This document shows, piece by piece, positions 48,498-58,426 of a stretch of 64,000 bases of DNA. Each line of letters opens with the position of its first letter. The stretch's first letter is position 1. A program made the position numbers and the translations under genes. The DNA is taken from the NCBI GenBank assembly GCA_963555995.3, contig OY821641.1, positions 3,104,001 to 3,168,000 of the forward strand, read 5' to 3'. The DNA comes from Vicinamibacteria bacterium (GTDB taxonomy: Bacteria; Acidobacteriota; Vicinamibacteria; Marinacidobacterales; Marinacidobacteraceae). The notes under the pieces are model-generated. The model did no database searches, had not been told where the DNA came from, and saw only the letters and a program-made list of their open reading frames with translations.

Positions 48498-51443
48498 TCA
48501 GAAAACGACCCGCACCCCAAGTTGCGCCTGGCGCTGGGCGCCGGCGAGTGCGCCGGCGAGCCCGAACTCCGGGTTCGGGGTCGCGCCGTCGTCGAGGAAG
48601 ACCTCCCGCTGGTCCGCGTTCCCCACCCGGAAGGCGGCGCCGTTCAGGACGTTGAAGACCTCGAAGAGCGCCTCGATCCGGGCGGGGCCGAGGCCGAAGC
48701 GCTTCGTGAGCCGCAGGTCGAGGTTCGTCCAGGGTTCGTTCCGCTCGCCGTTCACCGGGACGAGCGCGCCCCCGACCACCGCCCGCGCCTGGGCGCCCGA
48801 CGGCCCGACCGCGAAGCCGGGGTGGTTGTGGAAGCCCACCGCGGGGTCGAGGGCGGTCCAGGGCGAGCCGGACTGCGCGGTGAAGATGCCGCTCGCCTGG
48901 AACCCGGCCGGCAGATGGAAGACCCCGCTCGCCACCAGCCGGTGGGGCGTGTCCCGGTCCGAGAGCCCCCAGTCGTAGTCGGGGTCCGTGGGATCGGTGA
49001 GCGTCAGCCGCCCCGAGCGCTCGCTGTCGTCGTTCGAGCGGTCGCGCGACCAGGTGTAGTGGGCCTGGAACTGGACGCCGTCCGAGAAGCGGCGGCGCAG
49101 CGCGGCGGTGACCGCCAGGTAGTCCGAGCGCCCGAGCGCGGCCCGCACCAGGACTGGGCCGTAGGCCGGGTTGATCCGCTCGCCGGAGTACACCGGCCGG
49201 CCGAAGGCGTCCCGGCCCGGCGCCGGGACGTTCGCGTCCCAGTTCGACTGGAGGAAACGGCTCCGCGCCGCCAGCAGGTCGAGCGAGACGGCGAGCCCCC
49301 GCCCGATCTCGCGCTCGTACCCGAGGTTGAAGCGTTCGGTCCGGGGGTCCTCGAAGGCGGGGTCAAAGTGGCTGAGCGCCGGGATCATCCCGGCGGGCGG
49401 GTTCTCGTTGTCGATGGGGTCGCCGAGCGGGACGAAGCCCGTGTCCCCAGGGGCGAGGATCGCGTTGCCGAAGCGGGGGAAGACGCCGGTGTCGCTGTGC
49501 GCGGTCGAGAACAGCAGGGTGGGCGTCCGGGCGTGGAAGACCCCGCCCCCGGCGCGCACCACGCTCCTCGAATCGAGCGCCCAGACGAGCCCGCCCCGCG
49601 GCGAGACGTTGTCGAGATCATCGGGGATGCGCCGTCCCTCCGGCAGCACGTGCTCGATGCCGCCGGGGTTGAACGTCCCGTCCCAGCGCGCGCCGAAGTG
49701 GAGGGTGAGCCGCGGGTTCGGACTCCACGAGTCCTGGAGATAGACGCCGAGGATCTGCTGGGCGGTGCGAAAGTTGGGCTTCGCCGTGCTCCCGAACCAG
49801 ATGACGGCGCGGGCGGGGTTCCCGGCGACGAAGTCCTCCAGCGTGTCGAAGTCGTAGCCGCCGTCGGCGTTCCCCACGAAGTACTCGTTCAGGGTGTCGT
49901 GGCTGAGGGTGAAGCCGGCGCGGAGCTCGTGGCTCCCCAGCAGGAGGGAGAACCGTTCCCGGACCTCGAACTTCCGCTCGTGGTTGAAGACGGGCAGCCA
50001 CCAGGGCTTGCCGAACGAGCCGGCGGAGGGCGAGAAGATGCGGAAGTGCGCCTGGAGCGCGCTCTCGGGCAGGTGCGAACTCCGGTCGAAGTGGTCGTAG
50101 GCGTACTGGAGCCGGAGCTCGTTGACGCCCGCGTCCCCGACGAGCGAGACGAGCGATCCCACCAGCGAGTGGCTCTCGACGAACCGCCGGGACTCTTCCC
50201 CAACGTAGTCGGAGACCCGGTCGTAGTCGGTGAAGTTGTAGCGGAGGGTGAGCGAGTGCCGGTCGTTCACCCGGTGGTTCAGCTTGCCGAAGAGGATGAG
50301 GTTGCCGGTCTCGCGCAGGAACCGGCCGCTCGCGGTGCGGCCCCGCTCCGGGTCGGGGGCGGCGATCCCGTCGTCGTTCGGGCGGTAGCCGGCGACGAGT
50401 TCGGGGAAGGCGGCGAGCACGGCGTCGTAGTGGCCGCGGCCCCGGATGTTGCGCAGGAAGGGCTGGTTCTGGGAGGTCTGGTCGTAGGACAGGAAGAAGT
50501 GGGTGCGGTCGCGCCGGATCGGACCCCCGAGCGAGGCGCCCCAGTTGGCGCGGCGGAAGGCGTCCGCCTGGTAGCGGTCGTCGTCCGGCGAGACGCCGCG
50601 GAACGCGTCGAGCGGCGACTGCGGGAGCCGGGCGACCATCCGGTCGTTCCGGAGGAACCAGAACGCGGACCCCGCGAACTCGTTGGTCCCGGAGCGGGTC
50701 ACCACGTTCAGGGCGCCGCCGCCGGAGCGGCCCGCCTCGGCCGAATAGGCGCTGGTGACCACCTGGAACTCCTTGACGGACTCCTGCGCCACCAGCGCGC
50801 CGCCGCCTTCCCGCGCGAGCCCGCCGCGCCCGAACCCGAAGAAGGCGCTCTTCGCGTTCGCGCCGTCAATGGTGAGGCCGGAGTTGACCGCCCGCTGCCC
50901 GCTGAGGGAGAGCGTGCCCCGGCTCGGGTCCACCTGCACGGTGGGCTTCAGCAGCGCGAACCGGACGAAGTCGCGGCCCGAGATCGGGAGCGCCGCGATC
51001 TCCTCCTCGTCCACGTAGCCCGCCGCCCCCGACCTGCCGACCTCCAGCAGGGGCGCTTCGGCGTTCACGGTCACCGTCTCCTCGACGGAAGCGAGCCCGA
51101 GCCGCAGGTCCATTTCCACGCTCTGGCCGACGTGGAGATGGAGGTCTTCCCGGCGCACGGTCCGGAACCCCGGCAGCGAGGCGGTGAGGTCGTACTCGCC
51201 GCTCAGGACAGCCCGCAGCGCGAAGTAACCCCGGTCGTTGGAGGTCACCGTCCGGCGGTGGCCGCGCTCGCGGTCCAGGAGCTCGACCGTCACCCCCGGC
51301 AGCGCGGCGCCGGTGTCGTCGCTCACGAACCCGTGCACCGACGAGAGCGACTGCGCGGCCGCGGCCGTGGCCGCACCGGCGAGCGTCACCGCCAGCGCCA
51401 CGCAAACGAGCAGCCGGCGAGAAAGGACCATCCCGAGGGGCAT
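48498..51443 (-). CDS. TonB-dependent receptor (Oar-like), copy 1
   Basis: Same motifs, terminal QLGVRVVF; collinear paralogue of the downstream gene; start at 51443 or 51431. Confidence 0.92.
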   Translation of the reverse strand: MPLGMVLSRRLLVCVALAVTLAGAATAAAAQSLSSVHGFVSDDTGAALPGVTVELLDRERGHRRTVTSNDRGYFALRAVLSGEYDLTASLPGFRTVRREDLHLHVGQSVEMDLRLGLASVEETVTVNAEAPLLEVGRSGAAGYVDEEEIAALPISGRDFVRFALLKPTVQVDPSRGTLSLSGQRAVNSGLTIDGANAKSAFFGFGRGGLAREGGGALVAQESVKEFQVVTSAYSAEAGRSGGGALNVVTRSGTNEFAGSAFWFLRNDRMVARLPQSPLDAFRGVSPDDDRYQADAFRRANWGASLGGPIRRDRTHFFLSYDQTSQNQPFLRNIRGRGHYDAVLAAFPELVAGYRPNDDGIAAPDPERGRTASGRFLRETGNLILFGKLNHRVNDRHSLTLRYNFTDYDRVSDYVGEESRRFVESHSLVGSLVSLVGDAGVNELRLQYAYDHFDRSSHLPESALQAHFRIFSPSAGSFGKPWWLPVFNHERKFEVRERFSLLLGSHELRAGFTLSHDTLNEYFVGNADGGYDFDTLEDFVAGNPARAVIWFGSTAKPNFRTAQQILGVYLQDSWSPNPRLTLHFGARWDGTFNPGGIEHVLPEGRRIPDDLDNVSPRGGLVWALDSRSVVRAGGGVFHARTPTLLFSTAHSDTGVFPRFGNAILAPGDTGFVPLGDPIDNENPPAGMIPALSHFDPAFEDPRTERFNLGYEREIGRGLAVSLDLLAARSRFLQSNWDANVPAPGRDAFGRPVYSGERINPAYGPVLVRAALGRSDYLAVTAALRRRFSDGVQFQAHYTWSRDRSNDDSERSGRLTLTDPTDPDYDWGLSDRDTPHRLVASGVFHLPAGFQASGIFTAQSGSPWTALDPAVGFHNHPGFAVGPSGAQARAVVGGALVPVNGERNEPWTNLDLRLTKRFGLGPARIEALFEVFNVLNGAAFRVGNADQREVFLDDGATPNPEFGLAGALAGAQRQAQLGVRVVF

Positions 51444-51503
51444 TTTCGCTCATAGAATCGGCCGGATGGGGTTGTCCTGCCGGCGGGGAAGGCGGATCCG
51501 CGC

Positions 51504-52268
51504 ATGACCCGGCTGGCGGGACGGGTGGCGGTGGTCTCCGGGGCCGCCGCCGGGATCGGCCAGGCCACCGCGGAGCTCTTCGCCGAGGAGGGGGCCCGGG
51601 TGGTGGCGGCGGATGTCGCCGGGGACGCGGTGCGGGAGGTCGCGGCCGGAATCCGGGACGCCGGCGGCGCCGCGACAGCGGTGGTGGCGGACGTTTCGTC
51701 CGAGGACGGTGTGGAAGCGGTGATCGGGACGGCCGAGGACGAGTTCGGCCCGGTGGACGTGCTCGTGAACAACGCCGGCGTCGAGCTCAAGAAGCTGGTC
51801 GAGGACACGAGCCTCGCCGAGTGGGAGCGGGTGCTGACGACCAACCTCACCTCGGCCTTCCTGATGTCGCGGCGGGTGATCCGGGGCATGAAGGACCGCC
51901 GCCGCGGGGTCATCGTGATGAACTCCTCGGTCGGGAACTTCATCGCCGCGACGAAGAGCTCCGCCTACGGGGCCTCGAAGGCCGGGATGATGGCGCTGGC
52001 CCGGAGCCTGGCGCTCGAGGGCGCGCCCTACGGCATCCGGGTGAACGCGGTGTGCCCCGGGGTCATTGACACCCCCATGAACGAGCGCAACCTGGCCCGG
52101 AGCGAGGACCCCGAGGCCATGCGCCGTTCCTGGTACGAGATCACCCCGCTCGGCCGGCTGGGGACGCCCCGCGACGTGGCGCAGGCGATGCTGTTCCTCG
52201 CGTCCGACGAGTCCGGCTTCGTGACCGGACTGCCGCTGGTGATTGACGGCGGCCGGCTGATCCAGTAA
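51504..52268 (+). CDS. Short-chain dehydrogenase/reductase (FabG-like)
   Basis: SGAAAGIG, NNAG, YGASK, PG. Confidence 0.95.
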   Translation: MTRLAGRVAVVSGAAAGIGQATAELFAEEGARVVAADVAGDAVREVAAGIRDAGGAATAVVADVSSEDGVEAVIGTAEDEFGPVDVLVNNAGVELKKLVEDTSLAEWERVLTTNLTSAFLMSRRVIRGMKDRRRGVIVMNSSVGNFIAATKSSAYGASKAGMMALARSLALEGAPYGIRVNAVCPGVIDTPMNERNLARSEDPEAMRRSWYEITPLGRLGTPRDVAQAMLFLASDESGFVTGLPLVIDGGRLIQ

Positions 52269-52323
52269 CGAATACGTTACCGATACGGATTTCCTATCGG
52301 AGTAACGTATTCGTTACCATAAT
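52265..52323 (+). promoter_or_regulatory. Twin palindromic operators and -10 box
   Basis: GTAACGAATACGTTAC (52265-52280) and its reverse complement GTAACGTATTCGTTAC (52302-52317), then CATAAT. Confidence 0.75.
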
Positions 52324-52328
52324 GCGCC

Positions 52329-52652
52329 GTGACGATCCGGCGCACGTTCCGCAAGTCGGTGCGCGCCCGCGCCGTCCGGGACCCGGCGTTCCGGGCCTCC
52401 CTCCTTGCGGACGGGTTCGACGCCCTGCTCGCCGGGGACCTCCCCGGTTTCCGCGACGGCGTCCGCGCCTACGTCAACGCCACCCTGGGCTTCGCCGCCC
52501 TCGCCGCCCGCACCGGCATCCCCGAGAAGAGCCTGATGCGCATGCTCGGCCCGGCGGGGAACCCCCGCGCGGTGCACCTGGCGACCCTCATCGCCGCCAT
52601 CGCCGACCACGAGGGCGTCGTCATCTCGGCCCGCATCGCCGACCCGGAATAG
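52329..52652 (+). CDS. HTH antitoxin (addiction-module antidote family), no adjacent toxin
   Basis: RDPAFRASLL..YVNATLGFAALAARTGIPEKSLMRMLGPAGNP. Confidence 0.8.
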   Translation: MTIRRTFRKSVRARAVRDPAFRASLLADGFDALLAGDLPGFRDGVRAYVNATLGFAALAARTGIPEKSLMRMLGPAGNPRAVHLATLIAAIADHEGVVISARIADPE

Positions 52653-52662
52653 GGGACCGAAC

Positions 52663-52692
52663 GGCTGGGAGCGCCGGTCTTCAGACCGGCAC
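52663..52692 (+). repeat. REP-like palindrome
   Basis: GGCTGGGAGCGCCGGTCTTCAGACCGGCAC. Confidence 0.8.
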
Positions 52693-52719
52693 CGACCGCC
52701 GAGAGGCGGTCGAAACCAA

Positions 52720-52748
52720 TTGACACGAAGTTCGTGTTTTCCTATTCT
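52720..52748 (+). promoter_or_regulatory. Sigma70 promoter with operator, probably leaderless
   Basis: TTGACA-17-TATTCT; ACACGAA-G-TTCGTGT palindrome overlapping the -35; ATG 6 nt downstream. Confidence 0.8.
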
Positions 52749-52754
52749 CGTGCC

Positions 52755-53069
52755 ATGAAAAACATTACCGTCACGTTACCCGAGGAATGCGCCCGCTGGG
52801 TGCGAGTCCGTGCCGCCCAGGAGGACCGCAGCGTCTCGCGCTGGCTCGCGGAGTTGCTCGAAGGGATGCGCCGCCGTGAGGACGACTACGACGCCGCCAT
52901 GGACCGCCTGCTGGCGATCAAGCCCCAGAAGCTGCGCTGGATTGACGGACGGCGGCCCACGCGGGAGGAGATCTATGACCGGCCCGTTCTCCAACGTGAC
53001 CGGGCTCCGGTTGCCGATGCCGCCGCCGAATCCGCAAGCGCGCCGGCGCCGGAGTCCGACGCGGCGTGA
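52755..53069 (+). CDS. Ribbon-helix-helix antitoxin (VapB-like)
   Basis: MKNITVTLPEE..RVRAAQEDRSVS RHH; PTREEIYDR; stop overlaps toxin start. Confidence 0.85.
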   Translation: MKNITVTLPEECARWVRVRAAQEDRSVSRWLAELLEGMRRREDDYDAAMDRLLAIKPQKLRWIDGRRPTREEIYDRPVLQRDRAPVADAAAESASAPAPESDAA

Positions 53070-53533
53070 TTTCCGCGACCCGTCCGGTCTTCATTGACAC
53101 GAATGTCCTCGTGTACTGGCAGGACACGTCGGACCCGGCGAAGCAATCCCGCGCGGCGGACTGGGTCACGCTGCTTTCCCGGAATCGGTCCGCACGAACG
53201 AGTTCCCAGGTCCTCGTGGAGCTCTATTCGTCGCTGACCCGCAAACTGGAGGGTTTCCGCATCGACAAGGCGCAGCGGATTGTTCGCGGCGTCGCTGCCT
53301 GGCAACCGGTGGCCCGGGACCTCCCGTTGATCGAACGCGCGTGGCTTCTCCAGCAACGCTACGCGCTCTCGTGGTGGGACGCGCTGATCGTGGCGGCGGC
53401 GCAGTCGAGTGGATGCTCGGTCCTGCTCACGGAGGATCTCCAGCACAATCAACTGCTGGACGATGTCCGCGTGATTGACCCGTTCCGGTCGCCGGAGCGC
53501 AAACCTGCCGAAGTGCTGGACGCGCTGCCATAG
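53066..53533 (+). CDS. PIN-domain toxin (VapC-like)
   Basis: FIDTNVLVY, QVLVE, SWWDALIV, LTED. Confidence 0.92.
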   Translation: MISATRPVFIDTNVLVYWQDTSDPAKQSRAADWVTLLSRNRSARTSSQVLVELYSSLTRKLEGFRIDKAQRIVRGVAAWQPVARDLPLIERAWLLQQRYALSWWDALIVAAAQSSGCSVLLTEDLQHNQLLDDVRVIDPFRSPERKPAEVLDALP

Positions 53534-53536
53534 CAA

Positions 53537-55210
53537 ATGAGCAGTTTCGACCGGCGAGTGCTGCTCCGTCTCTCGCTTCTGGCCGTCGCCGCCGGGTGGT
53601 CGTGCGCCCCGGGTGGGGACGGGGACGCCGACCTCGTCGTGGTGGGCGGCACCGTCCTGACCGTGGACGCCGACTTCAGCGTCGCCGAGGCGATGGCGGT
53701 CCGCAACGGCCGCATCCAGGCCGTCGGGTCCGACGCCGAGATCCGGGCGCTCATCGGCCCGGACACGCACGTCGTTGAAATCCCGGGCAAGACGGTCGTC
53801 CCCGGACTCGCCGACAACCACCTGCACCGGGTCGGGGGCGGCGACGGCGTGGACCTGTCCCGCGTCCGGACCATGGAAGAACTGCTCGGAGCCATCACGG
53901 AACGCGCTCGGGCGGAGGGCCCCGGCGAGCTGGTGACGACCAACTCCGACTGGCACGAGGGACAGCTTCGGGAACAGCGTCTCCCCCTGCGGCGGGACCT
54001 CGACCGGGCCGCGCCCGGCAACCCCGTGGTCGTGGTCCGCGGCGGCCACGAATACATCCTGAACTCGCAGGCGCTCGAGAAGTGGGAGATCACCACCGAC
54101 ACGCCGGTCCCGGCGGGAGGCCGGATCACCCGCTACCCCGACGGCGAACTGAACGGGGAGCTGGTGGACACCGCCAAACGGCTGGTCACCCTGCCGGAGC
54201 GGCCCCCCCGGAACCTCGAGGAACGCATCCAGGACCAGGTCGAGGAATACCGGACGCTCCACGCGGCCGGCCTCACGAGCATCCGGCATCCCGGCAGCAG
54301 CCTCGAACACTTCCGCCTGCTGGAGGAGATGAAGCGGCGGGGGCTCTTCACCATGCGTGTCACGTTCCTGATGCGGATGCGCGCGCGCACCGCGGCGGAC
54401 GTGGACGCGGCGATTGACGAGTGGGGCCTTGAGCCGCAGGCCGGCGACGAGTGGCTGCGCCTGGGCGGGGTGAAGCTGGGCGTGGACGGCGGTTTCGAGG
54501 GCGGCCTGCTGCGCGAGCCGTACGAGGAGCCGTGGGGTCAGGGGGGCACGTACCACGGCCTGCGCACGATGCCGCAGGACGTCTTTGGCGAGGTCGCGAC
54601 CCAACTCGGCCGCCGCGGCTGGCGGGTGGCCACCCACGCGGTGGGGGATTTGGCGATTGACCAGGTCCTCGAGGGTTACGAGGCCGCGAACGAGGTCACG
54701 CCCATCGCCGGCGAGCGCTGGGTGATCGAACACGGCTTCATCCCCCGCGAGGACCAGTTCCCGACGATGAACCGCCTGGGGCTCCTGGTGGCCGGCCAGC
54801 ATCACCTCTACGTCGCCGGCCCCAGCCTCGAGAAGTACTGGGGCCGGGAACGGGCCGAGTGGACGACCCCGATGCGCGCCTATCTCGACGCCGGGGTGAT
54901 GGTCTCCGGGGGCACCGACGCGTCGGTCATCCCCTACCCGCCGCTCTGGGTCCTCCACCACTTCGTCACCCGCGAGACGATCAGCGGCGGCGTCTTCGGG
55001 GAGGACCAGCGGGTGAGCGTCGAAGAGGGCCTCCGGCTGATCACCCACGCCGTCGCGTACCTGAACTTCGAGGAGGACCTCAAGGGCACCCTCGAACCCG
55101 GCAAGCTCGCCGACTTCACGGTGTTGTCGGACGACCCCCGCGAGGTCCCGGCGGACGAGATCCAGGTGGAGATGACCGTCGTGGGCGGGGAGACGGTGTT
55201 CGAACGCTGA
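53537..55210 (+). CDS. Amidohydrolase 3 (YtcJ-like), exported
   Basis: Signal peptide with RR and Cys; PGLADNHLH, KLGVDG, HAVGD, IEH, GTD, GTLEPGKLAD. Confidence 0.9.
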   Translation: MSSFDRRVLLRLSLLAVAAGWSCAPGGDGDADLVVVGGTVLTVDADFSVAEAMAVRNGRIQAVGSDAEIRALIGPDTHVVEIPGKTVVPGLADNHLHRVGGGDGVDLSRVRTMEELLGAITERARAEGPGELVTTNSDWHEGQLREQRLPLRRDLDRAAPGNPVVVVRGGHEYILNSQALEKWEITTDTPVPAGGRITRYPDGELNGELVDTAKRLVTLPERPPRNLEERIQDQVEEYRTLHAAGLTSIRHPGSSLEHFRLLEEMKRRGLFTMRVTFLMRMRARTAADVDAAIDEWGLEPQAGDEWLRLGGVKLGVDGGFEGGLLREPYEEPWGQGGTYHGLRTMPQDVFGEVATQLGRRGWRVATHAVGDLAIDQVLEGYEAANEVTPIAGERWVIEHGFIPREDQFPTMNRLGLLVAGQHHLYVAGPSLEKYWGRERAEWTTPMRAYLDAGVMVSGGTDASVIPYPPLWVLHHFVTRETISGGVFGEDQRVSVEEGLRLITHAVAYLNFEEDLKGTLEPGKLADFTVLSDDPREVPADEIQVEMTVVGGETVFER

Positions 55211-55397
55211 CGCCGGGCAAACCACCCGCCGTCAACGTCGCGCAGCAGCAACCCGGCGGGAACCCCCACCGCGCAACAGCGCGGAAACGGCTGGGACCCC
55301 CGGCCAGTGCTGTGAGATTGCAGTTTCCCGCGGAACGTCAACCAGCCGTGTCCGCGACTTTCATGACCGGCGGGGTGCGCTCGCGGTCAATGCTGTA

Positions 55398-56255
55398 TCA
55401 CGCCACCTGCCACCTGCCTTCCGATAGCGTGATGACTTGCTGCCGCTTTAGCTGTTGCTGCGCGTTCCGGACGTGGTGCTTCCACTTCCTTCCGAACGAG
55501 ACGCCATTAATGATCCGATCCATCCGGTCGTCACACAAGTCGGGGAGCAGGTTCTTGACGACGGCATGCAGGTCGGTCGTGGTGAGCGACCCGTGCCGCC
55601 GCAACGCGTAGTGGACGGCGCGTCCGAAAATCGCCGTGGTGGATTCCCCGCCACGGAGACCGAGCACAGAGTCAGCGAGGGGGCCGTGTGCCTGGGAGAT
55701 CCAGCGCTCCAGTTCGGCCTCTCCCTCTCGCACGACTGTCGTGGTCAGGTCGGGGAACCTCTGCCGCTCCTCTTGAACGCGAACGCCGATTTCCTCGAGC
55801 AGGTCGGTGGATACGGATTTGCCGAGCCTCGCATACTCACCGAGGTCCGCGGTGATCTCCTGCACTGCGACCGGCTCGGAAACCTTGACACCAAGCTCAC
55901 GATTCCAGCGTATGCCGCTGTACGTGCAATTGGCGGAAGTCACGATGGCGGTGTGTTCGTCCGCGACATATGCCTTCGCATGGAGCCCTGGGACGTGGTG
56001 AATCGTTGCGCAAGCGACCGCTTCCCCGATCATGGCAAGCGCCTGGCAGTCCACGAAACCACCCAAGAGGCTGGCGGGCGCCAGATCCGTCAGGACTTCG
56101 ATCTCTACGGCACCGGGCGATGGAAGTTCTGCAACGAATCGCTCAAGTGGACCCCGGGTGATAAACGGTGCAGCGACAGTCGCCCGCAGGCGCACCGACC
56201 GCGCGAGGCTGAGGAACTGCTCCTCCCACGGAGAGAAGAGGATGTGCATGCCCAT
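55398..56255 (-). CDS. PLD-family (single HKD) nuclease with C-terminal winged-helix-like domain
   Basis: LHAKAYVAD, TSANCT, NRELG; C-terminal KWKHHVRNAQQQLK..GRW. Confidence 0.8.
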   Translation of the reverse strand: MGMHILFSPWEEQFLSLARSVRLRATVAAPFITRGPLERFVAELPSPGAVEIEVLTDLAPASLLGGFVDCQALAMIGEAVACATIHHVPGLHAKAYVADEHTAIVTSANCTYSGIRWNRELGVKVSEPVAVQEITADLGEYARLGKSVSTDLLEEIGVRVQEERQRFPDLTTTVVREGEAELERWISQAHGPLADSVLGLRGGESTTAIFGRAVHYALRRHGSLTTTDLHAVVKNLLPDLCDDRMDRIINGVSFGRKWKHHVRNAQQQLKRQQVITLSEGRWQVA

Positions 56256-56390
56256 TTCAGGTCGAAATCTGAAACGGTCAGGCCTTTTCGGAATTCGTTC
56301 CGGAATCGGACGCAGTCATCAGCGAAAGGGCGGCGTCTCGGCCTGTTCCCCGAAGTCCCGCCATCGGTTCGCCATGCTACCAAGTCGATC

Positions 56391-57107
56391 TTACGGCGCT
56401 TCGGACGCCTCTGGCGGCAAGTGTGTGGGTTCGCTGCGGCTTGGCCGAACGGCGCGCCGGGGCGTTCGGAACTGGATCTTGAGGCTGGGGTCGGCCCTCT
56501 CCCGGTCCACGATCTCGTTGTAACGGGTGACGAGGCGGCGGAGTTCCGCCGGCAGTAGGGCGGCGCGGAACCGAGACCGAATGCCAAGGTGGACCGTGAC
56601 GAAGTGCTCGAAGTCCACCACATCAAGTTGGTCGTCGAAGCCGGTCTCCTGGGCTATGACCGTATCCAATGCACCCCAAGGCGGCACAGTGATCAAGACA
56701 CAGCGGTAGCCCCGGCCAAGGGATTCCCGACAGGCCGTGAACGTCGCCGTTGTGGGTGTTCCGGCAACATGGAAGTGCGTGTCCCCGACCTCGAAGGGCG
56801 CATGCGATGATCGGGGATCACCCAGCCGATCGCTACCTGGCTCGGCGACACCCGGCAGTCCCATCGAATCGAGCGTCGCCGCCACCAAGTGTGTGAGGAC
56901 TACGTTGAAGTACGGTCCCCGATAGTCCGAATCCCGGTTTTCGGCTTGCCGCAACAACTCCCGAAAGATGCCACGTAGGCTGCGTGTCGGATCGAGCGTC
57001 AGGCGCAATCGGCTCCTTCGTTTGGCCGAAGCAGGCGCTGCGATGGGTACGCCACCAGAACCACTCTCCGAACCCGTCTCCTGATGTGTTTCGCACGGCA
57101 TGTTCAT
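56391..57107 (-). CDS. DUF4928-like protein, C-terminal half only
   Basis: GAGGAGG RBS; VLTHLVAA, LVTRYNEIVDRERADPSLKI shared with 59378-60397. Confidence 0.7.
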   Translation of the reverse strand: MNMPCETHQETGSESGSGGVPIAAPASAKRRSRLRLTLDPTRSLRGIFRELLRQAENRDSDYRGPYFNVVLTHLVAATLDSMGLPGVAEPGSDRLGDPRSSHAPFEVGDTHFHVAGTPTTATFTACRESLGRGYRCVLITVPPWGALDTVIAQETGFDDQLDVVDFEHFVTVHLGIRSRFRAALLPAELRRLVTRYNEIVDRERADPSLKIQFRTPRRAVRPSRSEPTHLPPEASEAP

Positions 57108-57166
57108 GCCCTCCTCGCAGTATTGGTTGAAACGCTCAGTCTATACGCTTGTCATGACAGGACTTG

Positions 57167-58324
57167 TCACATCCACTCGTCCGACCAGAGCCGTTCCAGG
57201 AATTCCCGCCACGGCAGGATCAGGAGGCCGTCGTCCGTTTCCCGGGGGGCAGCCTCGTTGCAAACGACGAGCGCGTGCCGGGGGCGGTGTTCCTCGCGGT
57301 AGGCCCGGAGGCCCGTCAGATCGCGTGGCTGGACGTTGCGGCTGCCCCTGACCTCGACTGCGGTCTCGCCGTGGGGACCGAGCACGAAGTCGCATTCCAG
57401 GCCCGTCTTGGTGCGCCAGAAGCGGATCGGGAAGTCCCGCTCGCGGTAGCTGCGGTAGGCGAGGAGTTCCATCAGGACGAAGTGTTCCAGCGCCCGGCCG
57501 AAGTCCGGGCCGGTGGCCACTTCCAGGTGGCGATGGGTCACGTAGCCTGCGAGTCCCACATCGCACAGATAGAACTTGGGCGTCCGTGTGAGGACCGCGC
57601 GGGAGCGCCGACGGCGGAACGGTTCGACGAAGACCCCGATCAGCGTGTCCGCGAGGATCTGGAAGTACTCGCGGACGGTCTTCGAGTCCACCCCACACTC
57701 GCGGGCGATGTTGCTGCAGTTCACGAGTTCACCGTGGGAGAACGAGAGTGCCTCGAAGAACCGCAAGAACGCGGGGGCATTTCTCGTGAGCCCCTCGTCG
57801 AAGATCTCCTCCTTCAGGTAGTCGTCCACATAGCGGCGCAGCACCGGCCGAGGGTTGGGCGCCTCGTGGTGCTGCGGCAGCAGGCCACGGCCCAGCGTCG
57901 GCAGGAGGTCGAATTCCGGGATCTCCTGCGACGTCAAGGGATGCAGCGCGAAGCCCCAGGCGCGCCCGCCGAGCAGGTTGGCGCGGCCCCGCTTGAGCTT
58001 CCGGGTGCTGGAACCACAGAGGATGAATCGAAGTCCCTGATCCTCGATCAGACGGTGGACCTCGTCGAGCAGAGCCGGAACCTTCTGGACTTCGTCGAGG
58101 ATGATCGGGCGCTCCCGCACGGCTTGGTCGAGCGCCTGCACCCGCTCCGCAAGGCGCCAAGGCGCACGGGTGAACTCCAGCAGGAGCCGCGTGTCCAGCA
58201 GATCGAAACGCGCCGAATCGGGGAATTGCTGTCGGAGGAGCGTGGATTTCCCGGTCTTCCGGGGTCCCCAGAGGAAGACGGACTGACGTGGCGGGAGATC
58301 GATCCGCAGGGTACGCGAATACAT
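57167..58324 (-). CDS. AAA_14 ATPase with DUF4143 domain
   Basis: GPRKTGKS, LDEVQ, LCGSS, GLLP, DVG, ECDFV..VEVR. Confidence 0.9.
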   Translation of the reverse strand: MYSRTLRIDLPPRQSVFLWGPRKTGKSTLLRQQFPDSARFDLLDTRLLLEFTRAPWRLAERVQALDQAVRERPIILDEVQKVPALLDEVHRLIEDQGLRFILCGSSTRKLKRGRANLLGGRAWGFALHPLTSQEIPEFDLLPTLGRGLLPQHHEAPNPRPVLRRYVDDYLKEEIFDEGLTRNAPAFLRFFEALSFSHGELVNCSNIARECGVDSKTVREYFQILADTLIGVFVEPFRRRRSRAVLTRTPKFYLCDVGLAGYVTHRHLEVATGPDFGRALEHFVLMELLAYRSYRERDFPIRFWRTKTGLECDFVLGPHGETAVEVRGSRNVQPRDLTGLRAYREEHRPRHALVVCNEAAPRETDDGLLILPWREFLERLWSDEWM

Positions 58325-58426
58325 GATGATTTCGGAGTATATTCCGATATACGCTGACCAACCCGGAAGTCATTCCAGCAAACACAACCCCTGAGTCCTC
58401 CGGACCCACGCGGATCGCGCGGCTGC

